Source of the DNA: Opitutales bacterium
GTDB taxonomy: Bacteria; Verrucomicrobiota; Verrucomicrobiia; Opitutales; PNEW01
Direction: 5' to 3'
Assembly: GCA_965197745.1 (NCBI GenBank)
Contig: CBDANS010000006.1
Location: forward strand, 1,216,001-1,280,000
DNA: 64,000 nucleotides
A model generated the notes under the pieces. The model searched no databases and was not told the DNA's origin. It was given only the letters and a program-made list of their open reading frames with translations. Shown piece after piece: positions 40,014 to 49,803 of this stretch (its first letter is position 1; each line of letters opens with the position of its first letter). The translations under genes and the position numbers were made by a program.

Positions 40014-40805
40014 ATGGAACAACCGATGAAAGAATTCTTTGGGATGCCATGGCTACCCATTGATGTTTCAGAGCATGGAGCTGCGCTCGATGATCTAAAC
40101 TGGTGGTTACACCTCTTAGCGATTATCCTTTTTGTGGGATGGACAGGCTATTTTATTTATGTCCTCTTCCGGTTTAAAAAGTCACGTAATCCTCAAGCAG
40201 ATTACGAGGGGACAAAATCTCATTTGGGAACGTATATTGAAGTCGCTGTAATCGTTGCGGAAATTGTTCTTCTAATCGGTTTTTCTATCCCCCTTTGGGC
40301 ACAATGGGCCGATGATTTCCCCGAGGAATCAGAATCAGTGGTCCTTCGCATAGTGGCTGAGCAGTTTGCCTGGAATTTTCACTATCCGGGATCAGACGGG
40401 GTCTTCGGCAATACTGCACCTCAACTGATCGATGTGCAGACTAATCCCGTGGGACTTGATATGGAAGATCCCAATGCGGCCGATGATGTAATAGCCAAAC
40501 GGCTCTATCTTCCCGTAGACAAGCCGATTATTACGCATCTAACCTCCAAGGACGTCATACACAGCTTTGGGATTCCCGCTATGCGGGTAAAACAGGATAT
40601 CATTCCAGGCATAACCATTCCCGTGACTTTCAAAGTCCTGGAGACGGGAAAATATCTTATTGCCTGCAGCCAGTTATGTGGTAACGGTCACTACAGCATG
40701 CGCGGCTTTATCGAAGTCCTGAGCCAGGATAATTATACTGACTGGCTGAATAGGGAGGTAGAGAAAGCTAAAAAACAGGCGGAGGCTGGTGATGATTTAT
40801 GGTAA
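40014..40805 (+). CDS. ctaC: Cytochrome c oxidase subunit II
   Basis: 2 TM, QFAWNFHYPG, DVIHSF, KQDIIPG, CuA motif CSQLCGNGHYSM. Confidence 0.95.
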   Translation: MEQPMKEFFGMPWLPIDVSEHGAALDDLNWWLHLLAIILFVGWTGYFIYVLFRFKKSRNPQADYEGTKSHLGTYIEVAVIVAEIVLLIGFSIPLWAQWADDFPEESESVVLRIVAEQFAWNFHYPGSDGVFGNTAPQLIDVQTNPVGLDMEDPNAADDVIAKRLYLPVDKPIITHLTSKDVIHSFGIPAMRVKQDIIPGITIPVTFKVLETGKYLIACSQLCGNGHYSMRGFIEVLSQDNYTDWLNREVEKAKKQAEAGDDLW

Positions 40806-40861
40806 TTCATTTCCTCTAATTTTTGATACTTTGAAATTTTCCTAATTAAAGGAACCGGATC

Positions 40862-42586
40862 CTGAGCGGCTATTGTAAAAGTTGTATAATTAAATTTGTC
40901 ATTGCCTCTTGGGCGTTTTTAGCGGGAGCGACAGCACTCCTGGCGCAAACACCGGAAGGAGGTTCGGACGTAGCTTACCGGGATTTTCCCCTGGTCGGTA
41001 GTCGCATCGCCATTTGGGCCATAGGGGAGCTGCATCTTATGTATGCGGCCTTCGTTTTGGCCGTTCCGATGTTCGCTCTCCTCATCGAGTTTATCGGTTA
41101 TAAAACCGGGGATAAGCGATACGATAAGCTGGCCCATGAATTTACCAGTTTATTGAGCGTTTCCTTTTCCTTTACCGCTACTCTCGGAGCGATCCTCACT
41201 TTCATGCTGATGATTCTCTACCCGAGATTCACGAGTTACCTGGTTTCCATTTTTGATAAGACATTCTGGCCTTATGGATTGCTCTTTTTTGCCGAAGCCG
41301 GATTTTTATACAGCTATTACTATGGGTGGGGCAAATTCTCGCCTCGGGTCCACCTTCTTTTGGGTGTAGGATTAAATATCGTTGGTACCGCGATTATGTT
41401 CATCGCTAATGCCTGGCTCGCTTTCATGACTTCTCCAAGTGGAATTGATGAAGCCGGCAATCTTGTCAGCACCTGGGACGCCGTGAACAATTATATTTGG
41501 ATGCCCATAAATATTCACCGCATGATTGCCAATGTCTGCTTCGGCGGAGCCATTGCCGCAGCCTATGCGGGTTTCAAATTTTTAGGCGCGAAAACAAAAG
41601 AGGAAAAAGCGCACTATGATTGGATGGGCTATGTCGGAAACTTTATCGCCATTTCCGCGTTGCTCCCCTTACCCTTCGCCGGTTACTGGCTGGGAAGTGA
41701 GATCTATGCTTTCCGCGCGCAAATGGGAATGGTTTTAATGGGAGGAGCCTTTTCCTGGTTATTTATCATTCAAGCGGTACTTATCGGGATGCTTTTTCTC
41801 GGGGCTAATTATTATCTGTGGCTGGGAATGGAGCGAATAGAGGGTGCCGAAAAGTATAACAAGTTTATAAAATACCTTCTCGCTACGATCACCGGCTGCT
41901 TCATTGTTTGGGCCACGCCGCATTCACTTGTCGCGACGGTTGAAGAAGCGCGTAAAATGGGGGGAGCCCATCACCCGATTCTTGGTATTTTAGGGGTGAT
42001 GTCGGCAAAAAATACCGCGGTTAATATCATGATTCTCACCACCTATATCAGCTTCCTTCTCTATCGCCGGGGAAACAAGGTGGCCACGGTTTCATGGGCG
42101 CCCCTTGGCCATACGGCCCAATTCCTCATTTTTGCGGTTACCATAATTTTTGTTATTATCATTGGGGTGGTGGGTTATTTTATCGAAGCCTCAGTGCGGA
42201 TTGGGCTTTCCGTTCCCCAGGTTCTGTCTGTTTTGTCCGCGATGATCTCAGTTACGATTATTGATATATTCCTCTTCCGAAATGCGCGCATCGTCGGTCA
42301 GATAAAATGGGGAGAGATCTCGGCAAGAGCGCAGTATATGCTGTTTTTCCTCGCCGTAACCTTTACCTGGCTGATGGGGCTGATGGGCTATGTTCGTTCA
42401 GGTCTCCGCCTGCACTGGCATGTTTACGAGGTGATGAAGGATACTTCCGTTGACGCCTTTACCCCGACACTGGGTTTCGCCAGCACCGTGGTTTCATGTA
42501 TCGTTATCATTTTCTTCACCTTTATCATGTTTAATTTCTGGCTAACCGGGCTTCTCCACAAGAAAGATTGGGAGCCTCGCACTTGA
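40862..42586 (+). CDS. Cytochrome bd-like oxidase subunit I (CydA-like); start uncertain
   Basis: ELHLMYAAF, FFAE..FLYSYYYGW, ANAW..FMTSP, IHRMIAN, MGYVRSGLR; frame open from 40850 but first ATG only at 41039. Confidence 0.8.
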   Translation: MSGYCKSCIIKFVIASWAFLAGATALLAQTPEGGSDVAYRDFPLVGSRIAIWAIGELHLMYAAFVLAVPMFALLIEFIGYKTGDKRYDKLAHEFTSLLSVSFSFTATLGAILTFMLMILYPRFTSYLVSIFDKTFWPYGLLFFAEAGFLYSYYYGWGKFSPRVHLLLGVGLNIVGTAIMFIANAWLAFMTSPSGIDEAGNLVSTWDAVNNYIWMPINIHRMIANVCFGGAIAAAYAGFKFLGAKTKEEKAHYDWMGYVGNFIAISALLPLPFAGYWLGSEIYAFRAQMGMVLMGGAFSWLFIIQAVLIGMLFLGANYYLWLGMERIEGAEKYNKFIKYLLATITGCFIVWATPHSLVATVEEARKMGGAHHPILGILGVMSAKNTAVNIMILTTYISFLLYRRGNKVATVSWAPLGHTAQFLIFAVTIIFVIIIGVVGYFIEASVRIGLSVPQVLSVLSAMISVTIIDIFLFRNARIVGQIKWGEISARAQYMLFFLAVTFTWLMGLMGYVRSGLRLHWHVYEVMKDTSVDAFTPTLGFASTVVSCIVIIFFTFIMFNFWLTGLLHKKDWEPRT

Positions 42587-42594
42587 TCAACAGG

Positions 42595-43413
42595 ATGAAG
42601 AATATTATCAATATATTTGTCTTAACTATCTTAACCACCCTTTTTTACTGGTATGTGGGGCAGATGGTTCCGCAAAAGGAGACGCATCCACCCGAAAGCA
42701 CGGAAATTCGAGATGACATGAGCACTGAGGAGATGATTGTTGCCGGGGAAAAGATAGCTACGGGCAAGGGAACCTGTTTTCTATGTCATACGATGGGCGC
42801 TGAAGGAACGCGCGCCCCGGACCTGGCCGGTATAGGACAGCGAGCGGCTTCGCGTATAGAGGGTTATAGCGATGTTGATTATCTGGCTGAATCTCTTTTT
42901 GAACCGGCCTTATATGTCGTGGAGGGATTTAATCCTATCATGACGCCATCGAATAAAGCACCTATTAGCTTAACACCGCAGGAAACATTAGCGGTTATTG
43001 CTTATCTTCAAAGTTTAGGGGGCACTCCCTCGGTGACGATGAAGACGAAATTAAAGTACTCTGAAGATGCGACGGTGACTCCGGCACCAGCAACCGTATC
43101 AAGCAGCGATGCCAGTGCGGTTTCTTATGACAATCTCAGCGGGGAAGAGCTATTTAATAAGTATGCGTGTATGGCCTGCCACAGTTTGACGGATCCGATC
43201 CAACTGATTGGCCCAAGCCTCTATGATGTGGGAAATAGATTAAGCAGGGCGGAAATCTATGAATCCATTATCGATCCCGATGCCGTGGTCAACGAGGGTT
43301 ATGTTAAAGGAGTAATGGGAATTACCCTCGAAGGTGCCGGATTTGATAGTAATGTTACACCCCAGCAACTGAGAACGATGGTGGAATTTCTATCGGAGAA
43401 AAAGGGCAGTTAG
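42595..43413 (+). CDS. Membrane-anchored diheme cytochrome c
   Basis: N-terminal TM, CFLCH and CMACH, repeated YLAESLFEP/IYESIIDP motifs. Confidence 0.9.
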   Translation: MKNIINIFVLTILTTLFYWYVGQMVPQKETHPPESTEIRDDMSTEEMIVAGEKIATGKGTCFLCHTMGAEGTRAPDLAGIGQRAASRIEGYSDVDYLAESLFEPALYVVEGFNPIMTPSNKAPISLTPQETLAVIAYLQSLGGTPSVTMKTKLKYSEDATVTPAPATVSSSDASAVSYDNLSGEELFNKYACMACHSLTDPIQLIGPSLYDVGNRLSRAEIYESIIDPDAVVNEGYVKGVMGITLEGAGFDSNVTPQQLRTMVEFLSEKKGS

Positions 43414-44247
43414 ATGAAATTTCTTATTATACCCCTGGTCTTATTTATTTTATTTGTCATTTATTTATTCAGCAGATCAAAAAAACTCGCCTTGTTTAAC
43501 GCCCTCTTTTGGGTAATTGCCTGGTGGATTGCTTTTTATGTGATTTTTAAAAACGCGATTTCACCTCCGCTTCCATCCTCCATCGTCCAGATGTTTATGG
43601 CGATTATTACGATTGCGCTTTTCTTTTATATCACCGCGGATACTCAGCGATTAAAGGAAACTATCCACCCGATTATTCAATTTCTCGTAAATCGAAAATT
43701 TACCCTGCCCCTGGGATTAGTAATTATCATCATTCCCCTGCTCGTGGCCGGAAAAGTTTATTTAGGTTCTCAGGTAGAAATTGTGGCCCCGGTATTTGGG
43801 AGGAGTATCCATCCCGCGCCGCCTACGGAAATTAATTTTCAGGGCAGACCATTATTACTCAATGAACTTGAAAATCCTTATCGTCATCTGGAGACAGAAA
43901 ATCCTGCTGCTTTCCAGGAACACGTTGAAACTGGCCGTAAAGTGTATTACAATAATTGTGTCTATTGCCATGGGGACACGCTCGACGGGAAAGGAAATTT
44001 CGCCCATGGATTCAATCCCATTCCTGCCAATTTTGCTGACGTCGGTACCATTGCACAATTGCAGGAATCCTATGTTTTCTGGCGTGTAGCTAAGGGAGCC
44101 CCCGATCTCCCCGACGAATCAGGACCCTGGAGTTCTGCCATGCCTGCGTGGGAAAAATTTCTTACTGAAGATGAAATTTGGGATGTCATCCTTTTTATTT
44201 ACGACTTTACCGGGCACAGGCCAAGGGCGCGAGTGGAGCATCATTAA
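43414..44247 (+). CDS. Multi-TM monoheme cytochrome c
   Basis: About four TM helices, CVYCHG, SAMPAW. Confidence 0.9.
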   Translation: MKFLIIPLVLFILFVIYLFSRSKKLALFNALFWVIAWWIAFYVIFKNAISPPLPSSIVQMFMAIITIALFFYITADTQRLKETIHPIIQFLVNRKFTLPLGLVIIIIPLLVAGKVYLGSQVEIVAPVFGRSIHPAPPTEINFQGRPLLLNELENPYRHLETENPAAFQEHVETGRKVYYNNCVYCHGDTLDGKGNFAHGFNPIPANFADVGTIAQLQESYVFWRVAKGAPDLPDESGPWSSAMPAWEKFLTEDEIWDVILFIYDFTGHRPRARVEHH

Positions 44248-44253
44248 TCTTGA

Positions 44254-45873
44254 ATGGGTATAATGAAATCAGGCATGCAATTATCTAAGAATAGTAGACT
44301 CTTACAGCTGTCATTTGTCCTCACGGTTATAGGTTTTTTTACAGGTAGTATCCTCTACTCCGGCGAAGTAAACCTGGGGACGGAAACGGAGCGCGAAGAA
44401 GGTAAAAAATTGTATTTAAATTATTGCGCCCACTGCCATGGGGTTGATGGTGACGGTGAAGGGAGCGCGATGCGGTATTTTCATCCCAAACCGAGAGACT
44501 TTACCGGGGGGAAATTTAAACTGCGCAGCACCGAAAGCGGCGAACTCCCAACCGATAATGATATTATTCAGGTAATTCAAAAAGGGATGCCATACACCGG
44601 TATGCCTGCGTTCCCTGATTTTAATGAGGAAGAATACCAAAACCTCGCCTATTATCTTAAAACATTTAATGACGATTTCACCGACCCGGATTTTATCGTT
44701 GATCCGCTCAGCTTTCCTAAAGCGCCACCCTACAGTGAAGAATCGGCTTTGAAGGGAAAGGAGATTTATACTATCAATGAGTGCAATGGCTGCCATGGTG
44801 AGTCTGGGCGAGCCGATGGGATATCGGCCTCTACGCTGGAAGACGATTTCGGTGATATAAAATACCATATCCGCCCCGCTGATTTGACAAAAAAATGGAC
44901 ATTCCGACGAGGACCAACGCGCGAGGATATGTACCGTGCTTTTACTACCGGGTTGAATGGAACGCCCATGCCTTCTTATAAAGATTCTATAACCCCAGAA
45001 GACCGGTGGCATCTGGTGAATTATATTTACTCACTCTCCGATCGTGTTGAACCGAATTATTCTACAACCGTAATTGCCGAGTATACAGAAGAGAAGATAA
45101 ACCTTTCAAAAGGTAAATCACTATTTGAAAATAGCGAAGTAGCGTTTTTTCCTGTCGTCGGGCAAGTGATCGAACCCGGGCGTGAGTTTTTTCCGTCTGC
45201 CAATGCCATCGAAGTGAGGGTGATCTACAATCAGGATGATATTGCATTTATGCTTTCCTGGAATGACATGAAAGCTGAAGTTGAAGGGAGTAATGCTCCA
45301 GACATAGCGGTTGAGAAAAATCATCTCGATAAGCCGGAGACTCAGATGAAAACACGGGTCGTTGAGGACCGCGGAATAACGTATTCGGATGCGGTTGCAT
45401 TACAACTTCCCAGTGTCATGCCCGATGGGTTTAAAAAACCCTATTTTCTTTATGGCGACAACAAAAATACCGTAGATATTACCTTTCTTGATCTGGCCGA
45501 TGAAAATGAAGTAAAGCGTTACACCGGTTTTGGATATGATCGGCTTACCCTGGTAGAAAACAATGATGCATCTGCTGTCTCTAATTACGATAACGGTGAA
45601 TGGTCAGTTATTATCAAACGCAATCGGAATTTGGGTGCTGAAGAGGGTCTATCCTTTGTCGAAGAGACCTTTATACCGCTATCGTTTTATGTATGGGATG
45701 GCTTTAACAGTGAACGCGGCATTGATAGCAGCATTAGCTCGTGGTACAGCCTTTATTTAAAAGCCTCGGAAGAGGAATCTCCTATAATCCCCATGATTAG
45801 TTACGGTTTCCTTGCCCTCTTTATAGAATTAATCATAGTTTTTCTCATGAGGAGGAAATTTTCCACGGCTTGA
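44254..45873 (+). CDS. Diheme cytochrome c fused to an ethylbenzene-dehydrogenase-gamma-like (EB_dh) heme b domain, C-terminal TM
   Basis: CAHCHG..PKPRDFT, CNGCHG..PADLT, GTPMP, then LSWND, SDAVALQLP, GEWSVIIKR, VWDG..ERG. Confidence 0.85.
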   Translation: MGIMKSGMQLSKNSRLLQLSFVLTVIGFFTGSILYSGEVNLGTETEREEGKKLYLNYCAHCHGVDGDGEGSAMRYFHPKPRDFTGGKFKLRSTESGELPTDNDIIQVIQKGMPYTGMPAFPDFNEEEYQNLAYYLKTFNDDFTDPDFIVDPLSFPKAPPYSEESALKGKEIYTINECNGCHGESGRADGISASTLEDDFGDIKYHIRPADLTKKWTFRRGPTREDMYRAFTTGLNGTPMPSYKDSITPEDRWHLVNYIYSLSDRVEPNYSTTVIAEYTEEKINLSKGKSLFENSEVAFFPVVGQVIEPGREFFPSANAIEVRVIYNQDDIAFMLSWNDMKAEVEGSNAPDIAVEKNHLDKPETQMKTRVVEDRGITYSDAVALQLPSVMPDGFKKPYFLYGDNKNTVDITFLDLADENEVKRYTGFGYDRLTLVENNDASAVSNYDNGEWSVIIKRNRNLGAEEGLSFVEETFIPLSFYVWDGFNSERGIDSSISSWYSLYLKASEEESPIIPMISYGFLALFIELIIVFLMRRKFSTA

Positions 45874-45894
45874 ATCGGCGGAAAATATACTGAA

Positions 45895-46668
45895 TTAATC
45901 CTGGATTGCCTGTCGGGCTGCTTTCGAGGCCTGCTCCGAAGCGCTCGTGAGAAACATCGAATCAGCACCCGAGGCCAGCATATTAAATCCGATTGAATGA
46001 CAATATTTTATAAGCTCTGGGGAGTGGGCGGGCATAACCGAGAATTTACCGTGTTTATTACTTGCTTGAGCTACTGCCTCCATATCTTTTCCTAACGTTT
46101 CTTTTGTGCGTGGAATATCCATGGAGACACCACGCCGTAAGAGGATGTCATCGGGACCAAGAAACAGGGCATCGATGCCATCAATCGCGGCGATGGATTC
46201 CGCATTTTCCACCGCCCCCGGTGTTTCGATCTGGGCAATGACGAGGGTGTCTTCATTCGCCGTTTGAGAAAACGAACGGCTTTTCCTGTCAATTATACGG
46301 CGTCCACCGAAAGATCGCTCTCCGAGGGGGGGAAACTTCGCGGCACTAACAATAGCTTTTGCCTCTTCTACGGTATTAACAAGGGGGACAATAATGCCGT
46401 CTGCGCCAGCATCGAGGACCATTCCAATAAATCCCGCTTCATGTGAGGGAACGCGTGCGATTGCCGGTAATCCCATGAGTTCACAGACTCTAATCAGATT
46501 CAATATCTCCTGGTAGGCGAGTTGCCCGTGTTGTCCATCGATCCACACCCAATCCCAATCATTGCCGATTCGCTCAAGGATGCCGGGTGCTGGATAACCA
46601 ATGGCAAAATCGAACTGCGTTTCTCCCGCTTTTATTTTTTCTACAAATTCTTTCATCATAGTTTCCAT
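45895..46668 (-). CDS. HpcH/HpaI aldolase family protein
   Basis: WIDGQHG, LDAGADGIIVP, FPPLGERSFG, QIET, LFLGPDD. Confidence 0.9.
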   Translation of the reverse strand: METMMKEFVEKIKAGETQFDFAIGYPAPGILERIGNDWDWVWIDGQHGQLAYQEILNLIRVCELMGLPAIARVPSHEAGFIGMVLDAGADGIIVPLVNTVEEAKAIVSAAKFPPLGERSFGGRRIIDRKSRSFSQTANEDTLVIAQIETPGAVENAESIAAIDGIDALFLGPDDILLRRGVSMDIPRTKETLGKDMEAVAQASNKHGKFSVMPAHSPELIKYCHSIGFNMLASGADSMFLTSASEQASKAARQAIQD

Positions 46669-46724
46669 CTATGTATAGCCATAATACTAAACGCAATCCC
46701 AATCATGATTCGGGCCCCATTAAT

Positions 46725-47618
46725 TCAGTTATCTGTTTTTGTGACCACGCAGTATTCAGTATAACTTTGGATTTTTTTTAATCCGAGTTTTTCGAGAAAG
46801 TAAAAATCAACTTCATGAGTGGAGAGTTTAGGAATATCTATCAATGGACTTATTGAGGTGGATACATATTTTATGAGGAGACCCAGTAACATCGGGCCCT
46901 TTTCTTTGCTTTTACACCCGAGTCCCAAAATAGTTACCGGTGATTGCTGACTGACATTAGCGGACTCGTCTTCAATGTAGAATAGATAGGCGGCAATTCC
47001 ATCCATGTCCGGTATGCCTAACCCTTTGATTTCTTTTTTTCGATTAATGAGCGTCTGCGTTCTTCGTTCCCATGCCAGCAGGGTTTCATCACTCTGATTA
47101 TTTTCCCCTGTTTGTGTCAGGTAACGATCTCCAGGATCTTCAACTTCAACCGGGATGATCAATTCAGGCGATACTGGCGGGCTCAATGAAGTAGAGGCGG
47201 TAAAGTCACAATAATTCCGGTGCGCTTTAAAATCCAGTTTCCCGAAAAATTTACCTAAGTCTTCTCGATTATCCGGGATAGCGACGGTCAACGCTGGTGG
47301 CCCCAGCACTGCCATTTTATCTTTGAGGGAAGTTACGAGTTGGGGCCCGTAATTATGACCCTGGTAATCTGGTTGGAGGCCCAATCTTAATATTAACGAA
47401 GAGACATTCCTTTTCGCCGTTATCAGGACGCCAACTGGAACATTATTTTCCAGGGCGAGCATGCATGAACTGGCCCAAAGATTGAGATGCTTCACTTCCC
47501 TTTTAAATCCCTCTAAAGTGAGGGGAGGGACATGGGGAAAATGAATGTCGTAACACCGGTTTACGGCTTCGACAAGTAATGGAATATCATCAGGACGACA
47601 AAACCTGAATGAGGGCAT
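46725..47618 (-). CDS. GNAT-family acetyltransferase-like protein
   Basis: PVGVLITAKR...ILRLGLQPDYQGHNYG (motif A-like), FFGKLDF. Confidence 0.65.
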   Translation of the reverse strand: MPSFRFCRPDDIPLLVEAVNRCYDIHFPHVPPLTLEGFKREVKHLNLWASSCMLALENNVPVGVLITAKRNVSSLILRLGLQPDYQGHNYGPQLVTSLKDKMAVLGPPALTVAIPDNREDLGKFFGKLDFKAHRNYCDFTASTSLSPPVSPELIIPVEVEDPGDRYLTQTGENNQSDETLLAWERRTQTLINRKKEIKGLGIPDMDGIAAYLFYIEDESANVSQQSPVTILGLGCKSKEKGPMLLGLLIKYVSTSISPLIDIPKLSTHEVDFYFLEKLGLKKIQSYTEYCVVTKTDN

Positions 47619-47624
47619 GCCTGA

Positions 47625-49673
47625 TCAAAGGTCGGAACGTTTACTTTCAAGTTCCGACATGACACTGACTTCATTAAGGTTTTCCTTGGGCGGTTGATCG
47701 TGAGGATAATCATTCACCTCTTCACTTCCATATTCCGGAGCGCCGCTCATTCTTGAATTACCGTTGCCGTTAGTCTGAGCGGTAATCATCTCTTCCATCA
47801 TTTTACGCCCAATTTCGATTCCCTTTTCGACAAGTCCAATATCTATGGAAAAAGTTTTCTCTTCTAATGCGATGCTTTCAATTCGCTCCTGTACTTTGTC
47901 ACGCATAAAGCCAGCGGGAACGCGCAATATGCGCTCCGAGGCTTCCGCGGTCCAATCATAAACCGATTTTAAAGGGGTCCCTTTTTTGTCCCTCGCGATT
48001 AACTTGATCCCATCGTTGAAATCATTCTCAACTGAAGACGCGGAGTTGCTGGATGATGCCGTAAGGTTATGTTCTTCCAGGCTGTCTTCATGTCCCAGCT
48101 CTTTAATTATTTCCTCTGCGAATTCTACGGTTACTGCGTTCAAACGTCGCATCCTGGCCGCTTTTTCAATATAAGCTTTGGCCCGTCTTTTCTGGTAGTT
48201 GTCCTTGATCGCTGGTAACAGCTTGCGCGCTTCTTTGGTCCAGGAGAGTTTTCTCCCGTCGTACGAGGTTTCTTCGTTCGATCCTCCCTCTGATTTTATA
48301 ATATCATCAATAATTTTCGGAGTAATCACCTCAAAGTTTGTTGATCCGCACACCGCACACTTAATCGGGTTTTCCTCTTTAGCCGTCATCCCACAACTTT
48401 TACAGATGGCGGTGTTCCCTTTGCGTGCCATATTAAAGGCCAGGGTTTCTGCGAGTTTATCAGTCGCTTTCGCTGCCTGTTTCGGCATGAAGCGATCCAT
48501 CGCTTCATCGATCAAAGAGTTGGTCACGACACTGTGACCCTTTTCCACGGCGAGCCGTAGGATCCCGGTGCGCGCGATACCTTTTACGAGAGGGGGAACT
48601 CGGGTCATACGTTCTTCGGCTTCCTGGGTCCATTGAATACTCTCTTCCGCTTTGCGGTCGAGTTCCGGGTAGACCAATCGTGAATTGAGGAGCACATCAC
48701 AGGGAGCTATGCGCAATAAGTTATCTGTGTTACTCCCCAAACCCGTGTCTTCGAGATCGCTATGGACCCCAATCCTACCGACGATCAGCAGCCAGGGAGG
48801 ATTTTTACGCGTGTAGTCCAATATTTTCTGAAAAGCTTTTCCGTCGAGAAGCACTTTTTCTGCTTCGAGGCCTTTTTCTTTCAACATCTTTTCCGCAACT
48901 TCAAGATGGGACTGATAGATTTGAGCCAGGCCCGTATCAATAATTTCTTCATGTAATTGGTTTTGTTCTTCAAACCGGAAAACTTTAGCCGCTTTATCAG
49001 TGAGGACATCAACGATCCCATTAAAGACCATATAATGGAGATAAGGGTCATATACACCGATGAGCGTAATTTTTTTATTAAATTCTTTCGCCAGTTCAAC
49101 CGCGGTCATGAGTCCACCAAATGACTGCGGACTGCCGTCCACCCCCACAAGAATCGTATCGCGCTCCGGCTCATCATCTACGGGGAGATGTTTTACCACC
49201 CAGATATCGCCTTTCCCGTGCCGGGTCACGCTCTGGCAAACTGCGCCAATCTGACTGTCTTTCGTTTTTCCAATACCCTTAATCCCCAGGACGGTAAGGT
49301 CGTATTCGGAAGCTTCCATATCTTTCAAAATCTGCTCATGGTGCTTCCCGTCCATCATCTTCTTCTCTAATTCCAGGCCCGCTTCTTCGCAGTGTTTGTC
49401 CATTTCAGTGAGATAACAATCGGAAATCAGCTTTAATCCCATGGTGATTAAGCTGTCGTGAATTTTCCGCTGCCTTTCCAATTCGGTCTCCTGGAGGTAT
49501 TCATCGGGCAGGGTGAACTCCATTTGCTTGAATCGATAATCATGCATTTTTGCGGCATAGACATGATTGCCCGTTAATCTGGAGTTATATTTTTTACCAA
49601 CCTCGACCGCGACACTAATTGCCTGGTTAGAATAGTCTGAGTTATCTACAGGGACGAAAATCGATTTAAACAT
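47625..49673 (-). CDS. Tandem universal stress protein domains + three PCP_red-like domains + CxxC-CxxC ribbon
   Basis: IFVPVDNSDYS / ILVGVDGSPQS, LGSNTDNLLR; WTQEAEERMTRVP, WTKEARKLL, WTAEASERILRVP; CKSC...CAVC. Confidence 0.85.
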   Translation of the reverse strand: MFKSIFVPVDNSDYSNQAISVAVEVGKKYNSRLTGNHVYAAKMHDYRFKQMEFTLPDEYLQETELERQRKIHDSLITMGLKLISDCYLTEMDKHCEEAGLELEKKMMDGKHHEQILKDMEASEYDLTVLGIKGIGKTKDSQIGAVCQSVTRHGKGDIWVVKHLPVDDEPERDTILVGVDGSPQSFGGLMTAVELAKEFNKKITLIGVYDPYLHYMVFNGIVDVLTDKAAKVFRFEEQNQLHEEIIDTGLAQIYQSHLEVAEKMLKEKGLEAEKVLLDGKAFQKILDYTRKNPPWLLIVGRIGVHSDLEDTGLGSNTDNLLRIAPCDVLLNSRLVYPELDRKAEESIQWTQEAEERMTRVPPLVKGIARTGILRLAVEKGHSVVTNSLIDEAMDRFMPKQAAKATDKLAETLAFNMARKGNTAICKSCGMTAKEENPIKCAVCGSTNFEVITPKIIDDIIKSEGGSNEETSYDGRKLSWTKEARKLLPAIKDNYQKRRAKAYIEKAARMRRLNAVTVEFAEEIIKELGHEDSLEEHNLTASSSNSASSVENDFNDGIKLIARDKKGTPLKSVYDWTAEASERILRVPAGFMRDKVQERIESIALEEKTFSIDIGLVEKGIEIGRKMMEEMITAQTNGNGNSRMSGAPEYGSEEVNDYPHDQPPKENLNEVSVMSELESKRSDL

Positions 49674-49803
49674 GTATTTTACCTGACGCTGCTATTGATT
49701 TTTAAGGTTTAGGAAACGAACTTTTCAGTCAATTTCACCATCTGAATTATTTACTTAGATGTCAATGAAATGAGAAACTAATCCATGATTTCTCAAACCA
49801 CTT

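Noticed and set aside
40850..45873. Nitrite oxidoreductase or nitrate reductase operon
   Set aside because: No molybdopterin alpha subunit, Fe-S beta subunit or TorD-like chaperone in the window, so nitrite oxidation cannot be claimed.
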